The notes: generated by a model not told the origin, from the letters alone. 15,257 nt of DNA from Nitrosopumilales archaeon (GCA_044507735.1 JBIQJB010000040.1:1-15257), one strand, 5' to 3'. Counted from the stretch's first letter, positions 1 through 8,721 are shown. Made by a program: numbers and translations.

Positions 1-1
1 G

Positions 2-151
2 TCTGGCCTCAGGTCGCATCTTGACAGGGGAGAAGACCCGGAAGACCGGTTTGATTTTGAGTCGGTGCTTGACGAATGCGGCTATGGCTACAAGGAAGAG
101 CTTGCCGCGCCGTCAAGCGGAAAAAAGTTGTGGGAAGTGATGTTTGACTAG
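2..151 (+). CDS. 3' end (partial) of a paralogue of the downstream SAM-dependent methyltransferase-like gene
   Basis: Frame 2 reads SGLRSHLDRGEDPEDRFDFESVLDECGYGYKEELAAPSSGKKLWEVMFD* with TAG at 149-151. RFDFESVLDECGYGY matches RYDFESVLDECGYGY near the C-terminus of 151..969 (14/15 aa), and both end with a W-x-V motif. Not in the ORF track; the 5' part lies outside the window. Confidence 0.85.
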   Translation, partial: SGLRSHLDRGEDPEDRFDFESVLDECGYGYKEELAAPSSGKKLWEVMFD

Positions 152-969
152 TGCCCTTCAACATCGAAGACCTCCGCAAGGCACGCCAGTCGCTTGCACA
201 GTTCCGGGCAGGCGCAGTCTCGCCCCATCACGAGCGGTACAGCTTTCCGTTTTTCTCCGGCACATACTTTGCATATCGCAAAGTTGACGTTTTGCGCATC
301 GTCGCCATTGCAAAGGCACTATCTGCAAACCCTGAATACCTCGATGTGGGCTGCGGCTACGGCGAATTCCTGGGACGAATGAGGGAGTTTCTGCCAAACG
401 CGGAAGGAATCGAAAAGGAAGGAGGCATCTTTTATGGCCTTGGCGTCGTCAGGCCAGACTATATCAAGATCGCCGACGCGCACTGGATAGACAAGAAATA
501 CGATCTGATCTTTGTCGGCTGGATGGAGCCGGGGCAGGACTTTCGCGATCCGGTAGCGCGCAGCACCGACGTCATTGTGACGACGCTCGATCAAGGCATA
601 AGCCTGGCGGCAGAGTTTGACGGCCACGGCTTTCAGAGGATCGCCTGGTGGAGAACGCCGTCATGGGAAGATGTCAACACCGAGATAATGAACCGGTACT
701 ACACGCAAATGCCCGACAGCAAGAGGGCCGAGCTAGCAAGGATGCGCGGTGCACACAACTTTTGGTACGTGTATGCAAGGCCCGGGAAGGTCAGAGTGGT
801 AGAGGAAGCTCTGAGAAGACAGGTCGAGAAAGAGGGAGAGGAGACAGTGGAACGCTACGACTTTGAATCTGTACTTGACGAGTGCGGCTACGGCTACCTG
901 CAAAAGCTAGAGAACCCTGCGGCGCCGGAGCCGATGTGGCAGGTGCAGTGGGAGAAGAAGACTCTTTAG
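151..969 (+). CDS. Class I SAM-dependent methyltransferase-like protein, substrate unknown
   Basis: 272 aa with motif I YLDVGCGYGEF, an acidic post-I strand (GIEKE) and a YDLIFVGW strand typical of Rossmann-fold methyltransferases. The GTG start overlaps the upstream TAG by 1 nt (TAGTG). Confidence 0.8.
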   Translation: MPFNIEDLRKARQSLAQFRAGAVSPHHERYSFPFFSGTYFAYRKVDVLRIVAIAKALSANPEYLDVGCGYGEFLGRMREFLPNAEGIEKEGGIFYGLGVVRPDYIKIADAHWIDKKYDLIFVGWMEPGQDFRDPVARSTDVIVTTLDQGISLAAEFDGHGFQRIAWWRTPSWEDVNTEIMNRYYTQMPDSKRAELARMRGAHNFWYVYARPGKVRVVEEALRRQVEKEGEETVERYDFESVLDECGYGYLQKLENPAAPEPMWQVQWEKKTL

Positions 970-973
970 GAAG

Positions 974-981
974 ATTTAAAA
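974..981 (+). promoter_or_regulatory. Candidate archaeal TATA box for the beta-CASP gene
   Basis: ATTTAAAA lies about 35-40 nt upstream of the in-frame TTG at 1015. Confidence 0.4.
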
Positions 982-1014
982 CAAGTGTCGACCCAGCTCT
1001 ATTGTAAAAACAAA

Positions 1015-2277
1015 TTGAAAGTAAAGGTTATGGGGGCGGCCAAAGAGGTCGGCCGCTCAGCGTTTCTCGTTAATTGTGACCACACCAACATACTGATGGA
1101 TTACGGCGTCCTCCTCAAGAGGGAGCCGATCTTTCCAATGCACATCAAGCCAAGAGAAGTTGACGCAGTAGTTATCACGCATGCACATCTCGATCATTCC
1201 GGTTTTGTGCCATCGCTCTACTTGTCTGGAAACACGGACATTCCGGCGCTGGGCACGCTTCCGACGTTTGAGCTGTCAGAACTGCTGATTGAAGACATGA
1301 TCAAGCTTTCTGGCTTTTACCTCCCCTTTGAATACATCGACCTTACGACCATGCTAAAGGCATCAAAGAACCTGCGATATAGGGAGCCGTACATGGTAAA
1401 CGACGCCAAGGTGACACTCCACGAGTCGGGGCACGTCGTTGGCGGCTCCACTGTGGTAGTGGAACACGAAGGCAAGAAGGTGTTTTACACCGGCGACATC
1501 AACACCCGCGGGTCAAAACTGCTGCGGCCTGCCGACCTTGACTTTGGCGAAATCGACTTGATGATAATAGAGAGCACGTATTCGCAGACCGAGCAGCAGC
1601 CTCGGGAAGAAGCCGAAAAGGATCTACTGGAATACGTCAACGACATTGTGGAGCGCGGGGGCACGGCGTTCATCCCGTCGTTCTCTGTGGAAAGGGCGCA
1701 AGAGATCGCCTGCGTGCTCAAAGCTTACAATTTCAAGCACAAGGTTGTGATGGATGGCATGGCATTGAAGGCAAACCAGATCATGAGCCGGCACCCCGAC
1801 TTCCTCAGGGACCCTGACATGTTCAAGCGCGCCATAGGCGAGGCGGAATGGGTGCAGGGCTGGAGCAGGAGGAAAAAAGTTGTAAACGAGCCGTGCGTGA
1901 TAATTTCGCCGGCTGGAATGCTGGTGGGAGGCTCGGCGATATTTTACACTCAGCAGATAGCACAGAGCGAAAAGAATGGCATCGCACTTGTTTCATACCA
2001 GGGCGAGGGAACGCCCGGCAGGATGCTCCTTGACAAGCGAGTGGCCAACTTTGACGGCAAGATAACGAAATGCTATGCAGACGTCAAGCGCTTTGAGTTC
2101 TCCGGGCACAACAGCAGAAGCGAGCTGTTCGAGATCCTCGATCGCGTCAAGGGCAACCCCAAGGTGCTCACGGTGCACGGCGACGGGCCCTCGTGTGTCA
2201 AGTTTGCTGAAGAGATCCGGGAAAAGTACGGCTATGACGCCAGCGCTCCTGAGCAGGGCGAAGTGGTCGAGGTCTGA
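1015..2277 (+). CDS. MBL-fold beta-CASP ribonuclease (aCPSF2-like, no N-terminal KH domains)
   Basis: GAAKEVGRS N-terminus, MDYG (motif I), THAHLDH (HxHxDH), SGHVVG, YTGD, and beta-CASP motifs ESTY, FSGH and VHG. Start placed at TTG 1015 (MKVKVMGAAKEVG), in frame with the track ORF starting at 985. Confidence 0.9.
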   Translation: MKVKVMGAAKEVGRSAFLVNCDHTNILMDYGVLLKREPIFPMHIKPREVDAVVITHAHLDHSGFVPSLYLSGNTDIPALGTLPTFELSELLIEDMIKLSGFYLPFEYIDLTTMLKASKNLRYREPYMVNDAKVTLHESGHVVGGSTVVVEHEGKKVFYTGDINTRGSKLLRPADLDFGEIDLMIIESTYSQTEQQPREEAEKDLLEYVNDIVERGGTAFIPSFSVERAQEIACVLKAYNFKHKVVMDGMALKANQIMSRHPDFLRDPDMFKRAIGEAEWVQGWSRRKKVVNEPCVIISPAGMLVGGSAIFYTQQIAQSEKNGIALVSYQGEGTPGRMLLDKRVANFDGKITKCYADVKRFEFSGHNSRSELFEILDRVKGNPKVLTVHGDGPSCVKFAEEIREKYGYDASAPEQGEVVEV

Positions 2278-2278
2278 T

Positions 2279-2482
2279 TTGATAGTAAAAAACACTGACC
2301 CGTACAAGTTGAAAAAGTGTGTGTCGTGCAAGCGCGACATTGCCCTCAACGAAAAGTACTTTACGTATCCACTTTCACTGCAGCAAATCTGCCTGCAGTG
2401 TGCCGAAAGGGAGATACCCAAGACTATTGAGGTGCTACAGAAGGACCTTGACAAGATACGACAGGAGAAGGCCCGCGATTAG
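2279..2482 (+). CDS. Small Cys4 zinc-binding protein (67 aa) with a charged C-terminal helix
   Basis: TTG at 2279, 1 nt after the beta-CASP stop, gives MIVKNTDPYKLKKCVSCKRDIALNEKYFTYPLSLQQICLQCAEREIPKTIEVLQKDLDKIRQEKARD with CxxC...CxxC. This is the 3' part of track ORF 2075..2482. Confidence 0.75.
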   Translation: MIVKNTDPYKLKKCVSCKRDIALNEKYFTYPLSLQQICLQCAEREIPKTIEVLQKDLDKIRQEKARD

Positions 2483-2838
2483 GTGCGACTGCTGCTACTG
2501 ACAGCTTCTTCCTTGTTCCCCACGCTTCTCTCGGGAGGCGCGCTTTCTATCGCCCCCACCTTGCTGCCCGGGTTGACATAGGTATAGCCACTCTTTGTTA
2601 TCAGCTTGCCATGCACGGTTCCAAACACTTCGACGTCGCCTCTCTCATTCACGAGATTGCCCCGGATTATGCCCAACATCCTGCAGGTGCCCTTACGCAC
2701 AAAGAGGTTGCCGAGCACCTTGCCCTTGAGCTCAAGGTGACCGCTGTTGACTATGACATCGCCGAATATTTCGGCGAGCATGAGGGTGTCTTCAAATACG
2801 GTCACTGAGCCCATGCGCTTACCGTCCAGTATCTTCAT
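2479..2838 (-). CDS. Bactofilin-like / polymer-forming beta-helix protein
   Basis: 119 aa with ~17-aa periodic G-hydrophobic repeats (IFGDVIVNSGHLELKG / KVLGNLFVRKGTCRMLG / IIRGNLVNERGDVEVFG / TVHGKLITKSGYTYVNPG). Its stop overlaps the convergent zinc-finger gene stop. Confidence 0.65.
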   Translation of the reverse strand: MKILDGKRMGSVTVFEDTLMLAEIFGDVIVNSGHLELKGKVLGNLFVRKGTCRMLGIIRGNLVNERGDVEVFGTVHGKLITKSGYTYVNPGSKVGAIESAPPERSVGNKEEAVSSSSRT

Positions 2839-2929
2839 CGTGTTTCACAATTTGCCACCAAACGGACTCATTAGCTCTGGAGTGCAACAAGATGCACAAA
2901 AGAGTGAAAATTGACTACCGCTGCCTCTA

Positions 2930-4321
2930 CTACTCATGTCGTTCACGCTTCACCCAGACGGTCCTGCCCCTGTGGTCAAGCAGCTCGATGGAGCGATCTA
3001 GCAGCTTTTTCCGAAGTTCGTCCGCTTCTTTAAACTTTTTCTCAGATCGCAGCCTGTTGCGGTCGGCCACCATCTGCTCTATTTCCATTCTTTCCTGCTC
3101 GCCAGCCTGCATCGTTTGAAGCCCGAGGATACCCATTATCTTGTTGAATGTTGGCAATGCAGCGTCGGCCATGTCCTTTGTGAGCTTGTCAGCCGCTGCG
3201 TACTGGTTCAATTTGGTAACCATCTTCAAGAATTCCGTCAGCGCAAGCGACGTATTCATGTCGTCGTCCATTGCCGCTTCAAACGCCTTGGCCGATTCCT
3301 CGCATAGTTTGATTACTGCATCGACTTCGCCGCCGCTTCCAACAGCTGAGCGCAACTCATATGCGCATGTCTCTATCTGGCGCCACCTCTGCGTAGATTC
3401 TTTTAGCAGGCCGTCGGTGTAATCGAGAGGCTTGGCATAGTGCACGGACAGGCAATACAGCCTCAGCGTGTTCATGCCCCACTTGGCCAGCGCTTGCTCT
3501 ATGGTGACAATGTTGCCAAGCGACTTGCTCATTTTTTGTGAATTGATTGTGACCATGCCAGAATGCATCCAGATCTTGGCAAACTGCTTGCCCGTGTATG
3601 CCTCTGACTGCGCTATCTCGTTTTCATGGTGTGGGAAAACAAGATCGTGGCCGCCCCCGTGGATCTCAAACGTATCCCCGAGATATTTTCTTGACATGGC
3701 CGAGCACTCTATGTGCCAGCCCGGCCTGCCCTTGCCCCACGGGCTTGGCCACACTGGCTCATCCGAATAGAACTTCCAGAGGGCAAAGTCGAGTGGGTCC
3801 TCCTTTGATGGGTCGACTTCTATCCTTGCGCCCGCCTCCAGCTCCTCGACCGGCTTTCTCGACAGCTTGCCGTACCCTGGGAACGATTTTACGCGAAAAT
3901 AAACTCCGTTGAGCGTCAGGTAGGCGTGACCTTTTTCAATCAGCCCTTGAATCAGCTGGATCATGTCGCTGATGTGTTCCGTCGCCTTTGGATGGTAATC
4001 GGCGGGCATCACGTTCAGGCCATTGAAATCCCGGAAATAGCTGTTGATGTATTTTTCAGATATTTCCTGAGCCTTCTTGCCCTCGGCCCTTGCGCGATTG
4101 ATTATCTTGTCGTCAACGTCGGTGAAATTCTGTACAAATATTACCTTGTATCCTTTCGACAAGAGATACCGCCGCAGAGTGTCAAACACGATGACCGTGC
4201 GCGCATGGCCGATGTGCGAGCTGTCATAGACTGTTACTCCGCAGACGTAAATCCTCACCGTCTTGTTGTCATGCGTCTGCAGCTCCTCGACCTGCCGGCT
4301 CAGCGTGTTGTATAGCCTCAC
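2930..4321 (-). CDS. cysS: Cysteinyl-tRNA synthetase
   Basis: LYNTLSR N-terminus, YVCGVTVYD, HIGH, NFTDVDDKII, DFALWK, GRPGWHIECSAM, HGGGHDLVFPHHENE and KMSKS. Confidence 0.98.
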   Translation of the reverse strand: MRLYNTLSRQVEELQTHDNKTVRIYVCGVTVYDSSHIGHARTVIVFDTLRRYLLSKGYKVIFVQNFTDVDDKIINRARAEGKKAQEISEKYINSYFRDFNGLNVMPADYHPKATEHISDMIQLIQGLIEKGHAYLTLNGVYFRVKSFPGYGKLSRKPVEELEAGARIEVDPSKEDPLDFALWKFYSDEPVWPSPWGKGRPGWHIECSAMSRKYLGDTFEIHGGGHDLVFPHHENEIAQSEAYTGKQFAKIWMHSGMVTINSQKMSKSLGNIVTIEQALAKWGMNTLRLYCLSVHYAKPLDYTDGLLKESTQRWRQIETCAYELRSAVGSGGEVDAVIKLCEESAKAFEAAMDDDMNTSLALTEFLKMVTKLNQYAAADKLTKDMADAALPTFNKIMGILGLQTMQAGEQERMEIEQMVADRNRLRSEKKFKEADELRKKLLDRSIELLDHRGRTVWVKRERHE

Positions 4322-4618
4322 TGCGGATTTTGCTGCATCCGCCCGGGCTTTTTACCTTTGCCAGCCCGCCAAATGGATCATGGAGTGTGGCATCGGCGTA
4401 GCAAGAAACGGAAGTGAGCTCCTGATTTTCAATGCATGTATCAAAGATCCGGCATCAGCACTTGGCAACGTTGATGGCTAACTTGTTGTCGGCATGGAAT
4501 CGTGGAAAAGCGCAATGAGGTAGCTGAAGCCTGCTGTGCCGCTGATAATGATGGCGGTGCCGCGGTATGACGCACCAGCAGCAGTTTGCTCAATACATCA
4601 TCTGTCTGTATTCTGAAA

Positions 4619-4924
4619 CTAGACATCGATGTAAATGTCGTTTCCGCGGACGTCAACCTTGTAGGTTGTCAGCTTGACCCCTTCAAGATAGTCCAAGAGC
4701 TCTCCGGTCCTTATGTTGTAGTGCCAGAAATGGAGAGGGCATTCAACCACCTCGCCGTCAATCTTGCCCGGCGCTAGCGACCCATCCTGATGGCGGCATA
4801 GCGCCTCGATGGCGTAATACCTGCCGTTTGCATGAAAGAGTGCGACTCTTGTGCCATTGATGTTGATCTCCTTGCCGCCGTTTTCCCTGATCTCGCCTAC
4901 CTGCGCGACCTTTACAAATGCCAA
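4619..4924 (-). CDS. Rieske [2Fe-2S] ferredoxin
   Basis: 101 aa with C-x-H-x16-C-x2-H (CRHQ...CPLH) and a YNIRTGE segment. No TM anchor visible. TTG start. Confidence 0.92.
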   Translation of the reverse strand: MAFVKVAQVGEIRENGGKEININGTRVALFHANGRYYAIEALCRHQDGSLAPGKIDGEVVECPLHFWHYNIRTGELLDYLEGVKLTTYKVDVRGNDIYIDV

Positions 4925-4950
4925 CTGTACTGTGCGGTAAATAGTTTGGC

Positions 4951-4960
4951 TATTATAAAT
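4951..4960 (-). promoter_or_regulatory. TATA box for the Rieske ferredoxin (probably leaderless transcript)
   Basis: Minus strand reads ATTTATAATA 27-36 nt upstream of the TTG at 4924. Confidence 0.55.
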
Positions 4961-5231
4961 TGGTTATCGGGCATGTTGGGAGCTGTCAGCTCGAGTGTCG
5001 GCAACAAGAAAGAACATGCAGCCAAGACCGCATGGCCGAACTATATGCAAGGCCTGTCCTGCCAATAGAAGGCAGGACGCGCGTGAGTCCAAATGTACTT
5101 ATGGGCAATGGATAATGCGCAATGCGCATCGCGAATCACCAGCGGCCGTCAATAGAGAGGATTTCTTTTGGGCTGGGGGCGAACGTTCCTCCGCCACACC
5201 TAAATACCGCTCGGGGTGCTATACATTCCGC

Positions 5232-5747
5232 ATGGCGTCTTCGTACAGGCTTATGATGGCGGCCGTCGCAGCCCTGATCATCTTTGGAGTCGGGATAGGG
5301 CTCTATGGCTACTACGAAGCTATCTACCCTGTAGACAAGGCTAACGGCTATTTGGCTAGGGCAGAGTCTGCTCAGACTCCTGCAGAGCTGGCAAGCTTTG
5401 TGAGAATGGCAAAGAGGGAGCTGCCCGATAGCGGCAACCCTGTGTGGTCATTCCCTACCGCAAAGACGGACTTTGGCCTCATACACAGGACGCTTGACGA
5501 CATGATTGCACGCGCAAACTCGGTCTCGACGCTGGAACCCTACAGCACGGAATACAACACGGGTATGGCCGATATGCACGCCACGCTCAAGACCATACAG
5601 GAGGATCTGATTGAAGCGACGCCGTACCTCTTTGTCAGTATCAACAACATAATGTTCTCGGCCGTGTGGATAGCCGTGATACTTGCGCTCTTTGCTGTCA
5701 TGAGAAGAGGAAGGGCCAGGTACAGAGAAGAATACGAAAGCCAGTAG
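5232..5747 (+). CDS. Two-TM membrane protein of unknown function (171 aa)
   Basis: ATG at 5232 preferred over 4995: the extension is not protein-like and TAAATA lies at 5201-5206. Hydrophobic segments AAVAALIIFGVGIGLYG and IMFSAVWIAVILALFAV flank a helical-looking soluble region, followed by a basic tail RRGRARYR. Confidence 0.8.
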   Translation: MASSYRLMMAAVAALIIFGVGIGLYGYYEAIYPVDKANGYLARAESAQTPAELASFVRMAKRELPDSGNPVWSFPTAKTDFGLIHRTLDDMIARANSVSTLEPYSTEYNTGMADMHATLKTIQEDLIEATPYLFVSINNIMFSAVWIAVILALFAVMRRGRARYREEYESQ

Positions 5748-5778
5748 GTTTTATTGCTCCTCCACTTTTTGAAAAGAT

Positions 5779-7017
5779 GTGCCCGGCAAGATAGCTGACA
5801 GCGGACTTGCAGCAAGGGGCCGGCAGTCGTACGAATGGACGGCTCGCCGCATGGGGATCATCGAAAAGATAGCTGCGAAAAACGAGCGTGCTCAGCCGCT
5901 TACAGGAATGCGGCTTGGGATCTGCTTGCACATCACGAGAGAGACGTCGGTGCTTGCAATGGCGGCAAAGAGGCTTGGGGCAGAAATCGCAATCTGCTCT
6001 GCAAATCCGCTGTCGGTGCAGGACGACGTGGCAGCTTTTCTCTATGACGAGGGCATGAACGTCTATGCCTGGCGCGGCGAGACAAAAGCGCAATACCGGC
6101 AATGCATCCGCAACGTCCTTGCTTTCTGTCCTATGATTGTGACCGACGATGGAGGCGATCTGCACACAGCGGCTCATAGCGATAAGAAGGCAAGCAAGAC
6201 GATTCTGGGCGGCACGGAGGAAACAACCTCTGGCGTAAAGAGGCTTGCCGCACTGGAAAGATCGGGGAAACTGTTCTACCCCGTCATTGCAGTCAACAAC
6301 GCGCGGACAAAATACCTCTTTGACAACAGGCACGGTACCGGCCAGAGCACTCTTGACGGAATACTGCGCGCGACTGGAATCCTGTTTGCAGGCAAGAAGG
6401 TAGTCGTGTGCGGCTACGGCTGGGTGGGCAAGGGCGTGGCATCAAGGGCGAGAGGGATGGGTGCTGCAGTTACAGTGACCGAGGTTGACCCGGTAAGGGC
6501 GATCGAGGCCCGAATGGACGGCTTTGAGGTGATGAAACTGTCAGACGCAGCACCTGAAGGCGACGTGTTTATCACCTGCACAGGGCAAACGGGCGTGATA
6601 AGAAAAGAGCATTTCATGAAAATGAAGGACGGCGCCATCCTGGCAAACGCCGGGCATTTTGATGTTGAAATTGATGTTGAAGCCCTGCACTCGATGGGTG
6701 GCAGGAAGCCAGTTCAGGTCCGGCCAAACGTCGAGCGCATAACGTTCAGAGGAAAAAAGTTGTTCCTGATCGCAAAGGGCCGGGTGGCCAACCTTGTAGC
6801 GGCGGACGGACATCCGCCAGAAGTGATGGCGCTATCGTTTGCAAACCAGCTGCTGTCCATTCTGCACGTCGCAAAGAATCACGGCAGCATGGAGGCAAGG
6901 GTGTACGACGTGCCGGAAGAGCTAGACAGCCAGGTGGCAAGGTATGCACTTGACGCAATGGGAATAACGATCGACGAAATGACAGCAGAGCAGAGGCAGT
7001 ATCAAGACTCCAGTTAA
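5779..7017 (+). CDS. ahcY: S-adenosyl-L-homocysteine hydrolase (adenosylhomocysteinase)
   Basis: CLHITRET, SANPLSVQDDVAA, DDGGD, EETTSG, KYLFDNRHGTGQS, NAD-binding GYGWVGKG, NAGHFDVEI, GRVANL and GHPPEVMALSFANQ. Confidence 0.97.
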   Translation: MPGKIADSGLAARGRQSYEWTARRMGIIEKIAAKNERAQPLTGMRLGICLHITRETSVLAMAAKRLGAEIAICSANPLSVQDDVAAFLYDEGMNVYAWRGETKAQYRQCIRNVLAFCPMIVTDDGGDLHTAAHSDKKASKTILGGTEETTSGVKRLAALERSGKLFYPVIAVNNARTKYLFDNRHGTGQSTLDGILRATGILFAGKKVVVCGYGWVGKGVASRARGMGAAVTVTEVDPVRAIEARMDGFEVMKLSDAAPEGDVFITCTGQTGVIRKEHFMKMKDGAILANAGHFDVEIDVEALHSMGGRKPVQVRPNVERITFRGKKLFLIAKGRVANLVAADGHPPEVMALSFANQLLSILHVAKNHGSMEARVYDVPEELDSQVARYALDAMGITIDEMTAEQRQYQDSS

Positions 7018-7044
7018 ATTAAATCCTAGTGGATGGATTGAAAG

Positions 7045-8721
7045 GTGGTGCCTGACAGGAAAAAAAGCGCGGTCATTACAAGCGCACTCCCTTATGCAAA
7101 CGGTGAGATACATCTAGGGCACATAGCCTCAACCTACCTTCCGGCAGACATTTTCACCCGCTTCTCGAGGCTCACCGGGATAGAGGCGTACCATATCTGC
7201 GCCACAGACGACTTTGGCACTCCGATCCTGATAAGGGCAGAGAAGGAGAAAAAGAGCCCGGAGGATTATGTCGCGATATGGAACAGGCGCGACAAGGAAG
7301 ACTTCGGCCTGCTGGGGATCTCGTTTGACTTTTTCTACAGGACCAGTTCCAAGGAAAACATCGAATTCGTGCAGTATGTCTTCAAGAAGCTGCGCGAAAA
7401 CGGCCACATCTATGACCAGAACGTGATCCAGTTCTACTGCACATTTGACGACAAGTTCCTCCCAGACCGCTACGTCATTGGCAAGTGCCCAAACTGCGGC
7501 GCGGAAAACCAATATTCTGACCTTTGCGAAAAGTGCGGCAAGGTCCCAGACCAGATACTGGAACCAAAGTGCGCGATATGTGGAAGGCCGCCCGTCAAAA
7601 GGGAGAGCAAGCACTACTTTTTCAAGCTCTCAAGCTTTGGCGACCAGCTGAAGGACTGGCTTGCCAGCAACGAACGCCTGCAGCCAGAAGTCAGGAACTA
7701 TGTCATAAACTGGATAAACGAGGGGCTGCAGGACTGGGACATCACCCGCGACCTATCGTGGGGCGTCCCGATCCCCCTCGAGGAGGCGAAGGGCAAGGTA
7801 TTCTATGGCTGGTTTGACAACCACCTCTGCTACATCTCGTCTCTCAAGAAATTCATTGAAGGAAAGGGGCGCGATGGAAAAAAGTTCTGGAACGAGTCTG
7901 ACATCTACCACTTTATCGGCAAAGACATCGTTTACCACCACTATCTTTTCCTGCCGGCGATGCGCCTTGGAATCGACTCGGAATACAAGCTGCCAGACTA
8001 TATCCCTACTAGGGGCCATCTCATGCTGCAGAACCAAAAGATATCAAAGAGCCGGAACTGGTACATTGGCCTGAAGGACTTTACCTCTGCCTTTAACCCC
8101 GATTACCTGAGGTTCTACATCGCGTCCGTGGTAACATATTCGCAGGACGACCTCAATTTTGACTTTGACTCGTTTTATGAGAGGATAAACAACGAGCTTA
8201 TCGCAAACGTCGGCAACTTTGTAAATCGCGCCCTGTCGTTCACCCAAAAGACCTTTGGCGGCAAGGTGCCGCAACCGTCGCCAAGCACTGCTGGCGGCGG
8301 CGAGGATTCCATTGCAAGGGAATTTGCCTCGGCTGTTGATGAGGCAGCCTCCATGTTGGCAAGCAACGAAATCGACAAGGCGCTCAAGAGGATTCTGAAA
8401 TTCAGCAGCTACATGAACCAATATTTCCAGGCCAACGCTCCGTGGGCAAACAAGGACACCGCAAACACGACGCTGTATGTGGCTATCAATGCGGTGCGCA
8501 GCCTCGCAATAATGCTCGAGCCTTTCATCCCGTTTTCAGCTGAAAAGATCTGGAACCAGCTTGGGCTTGCAGGCAGCGTGCACCAGCAAGAGTGGGAATC
8601 TGCAAAGGACCTCAAGGCAATCGCGCCGGGGCACCAACTTGGCAAGGTAGAGCCCATCTTCCGCAAGATAGAAGCAAAGGAAATAGAGCAGTGGAAGAGT
8701 AAGCTGGGTAAGCCATCATGA
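7045..8721 (+). CDS. metG: Methionyl-tRNA synthetase (short form lacking the C-terminal tRNA-binding/dimerisation domain)
   Basis: ITSALPYANGEIHLGH, ATDDFGTPI, zinc knuckles (CPNC, CEKC, CAIC), DWDITRDLSWG, FIGKDI, KISKS, DYLRFY and PFIP; 558 aa. Confidence 0.98.
   Translation: MVPDRKKSAVITSALPYANGEIHLGHIASTYLPADIFTRFSRLTGIEAYHICATDDFGTPILIRAEKEKKSPEDYVAIWNRRDKEDFGLLGISFDFFYRTSSKENIEFVQYVFKKLRENGHIYDQNVIQFYCTFDDKFLPDRYVIGKCPNCGAENQYSDLCEKCGKVPDQILEPKCAICGRPPVKRESKHYFFKLSSFGDQLKDWLASNERLQPEVRNYVINWINEGLQDWDITRDLSWGVPIPLEEAKGKVFYGWFDNHLCYISSLKKFIEGKGRDGKKFWNESDIYHFIGKDIVYHHYLFLPAMRLGIDSEYKLPDYIPTRGHLMLQNQKISKSRNWYIGLKDFTSAFNPDYLRFYIASVVTYSQDDLNFDFDSFYERINNELIANVGNFVNRALSFTQKTFGGKVPQPSPSTAGGGEDSIAREFASAVDEAASMLASNEIDKALKRILKFSSYMNQYFQANAPWANKDTANTTLYVAINAVRSLAIMLEPFIPFSAEKIWNQLGLAGSVHQQEWESAKDLKAIAPGHQLGKVEPIFRKIEAKEIEQWKSKLGKPS

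Noticed and set aside
985-1014. N-terminal extension MSTQLYCKNK of the beta-CASP ORF
   Set aside because: The GTG at 985 is too close to the TATA-like box, and the MBL first strand begins naturally at TTG 1015.
2075-2278. 5' part of track ORF 2075..2482
   Set aside because: It overlaps the beta-CASP gene in another frame and is S/R/A-rich shadow sequence; only 2279..2482 was kept.
4263-4656. Short ORFs or possible ncRNA between cysS and the Rieske gene
   Set aside because: No motif, credible start or clear stem-loop or tRNA structure could be supported by eye; left unexplained.
4995-5231. 79-aa N-terminal extension of the 2-TM protein, including CKAC and an AATGCGC tandem
   Set aside because: Only a single CxxC, not protein-like, and it spans a divergent promoter region; the 7-bp tandem is within chance.
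5698-6333. Long antisense ORFs such as 5698..6333 (also 7129..7614 and 14093..14785)
   Set aside because: They lie opposite well-supported genes (ahcY, metG, glycosyltransferase) and carry no independent motifs.
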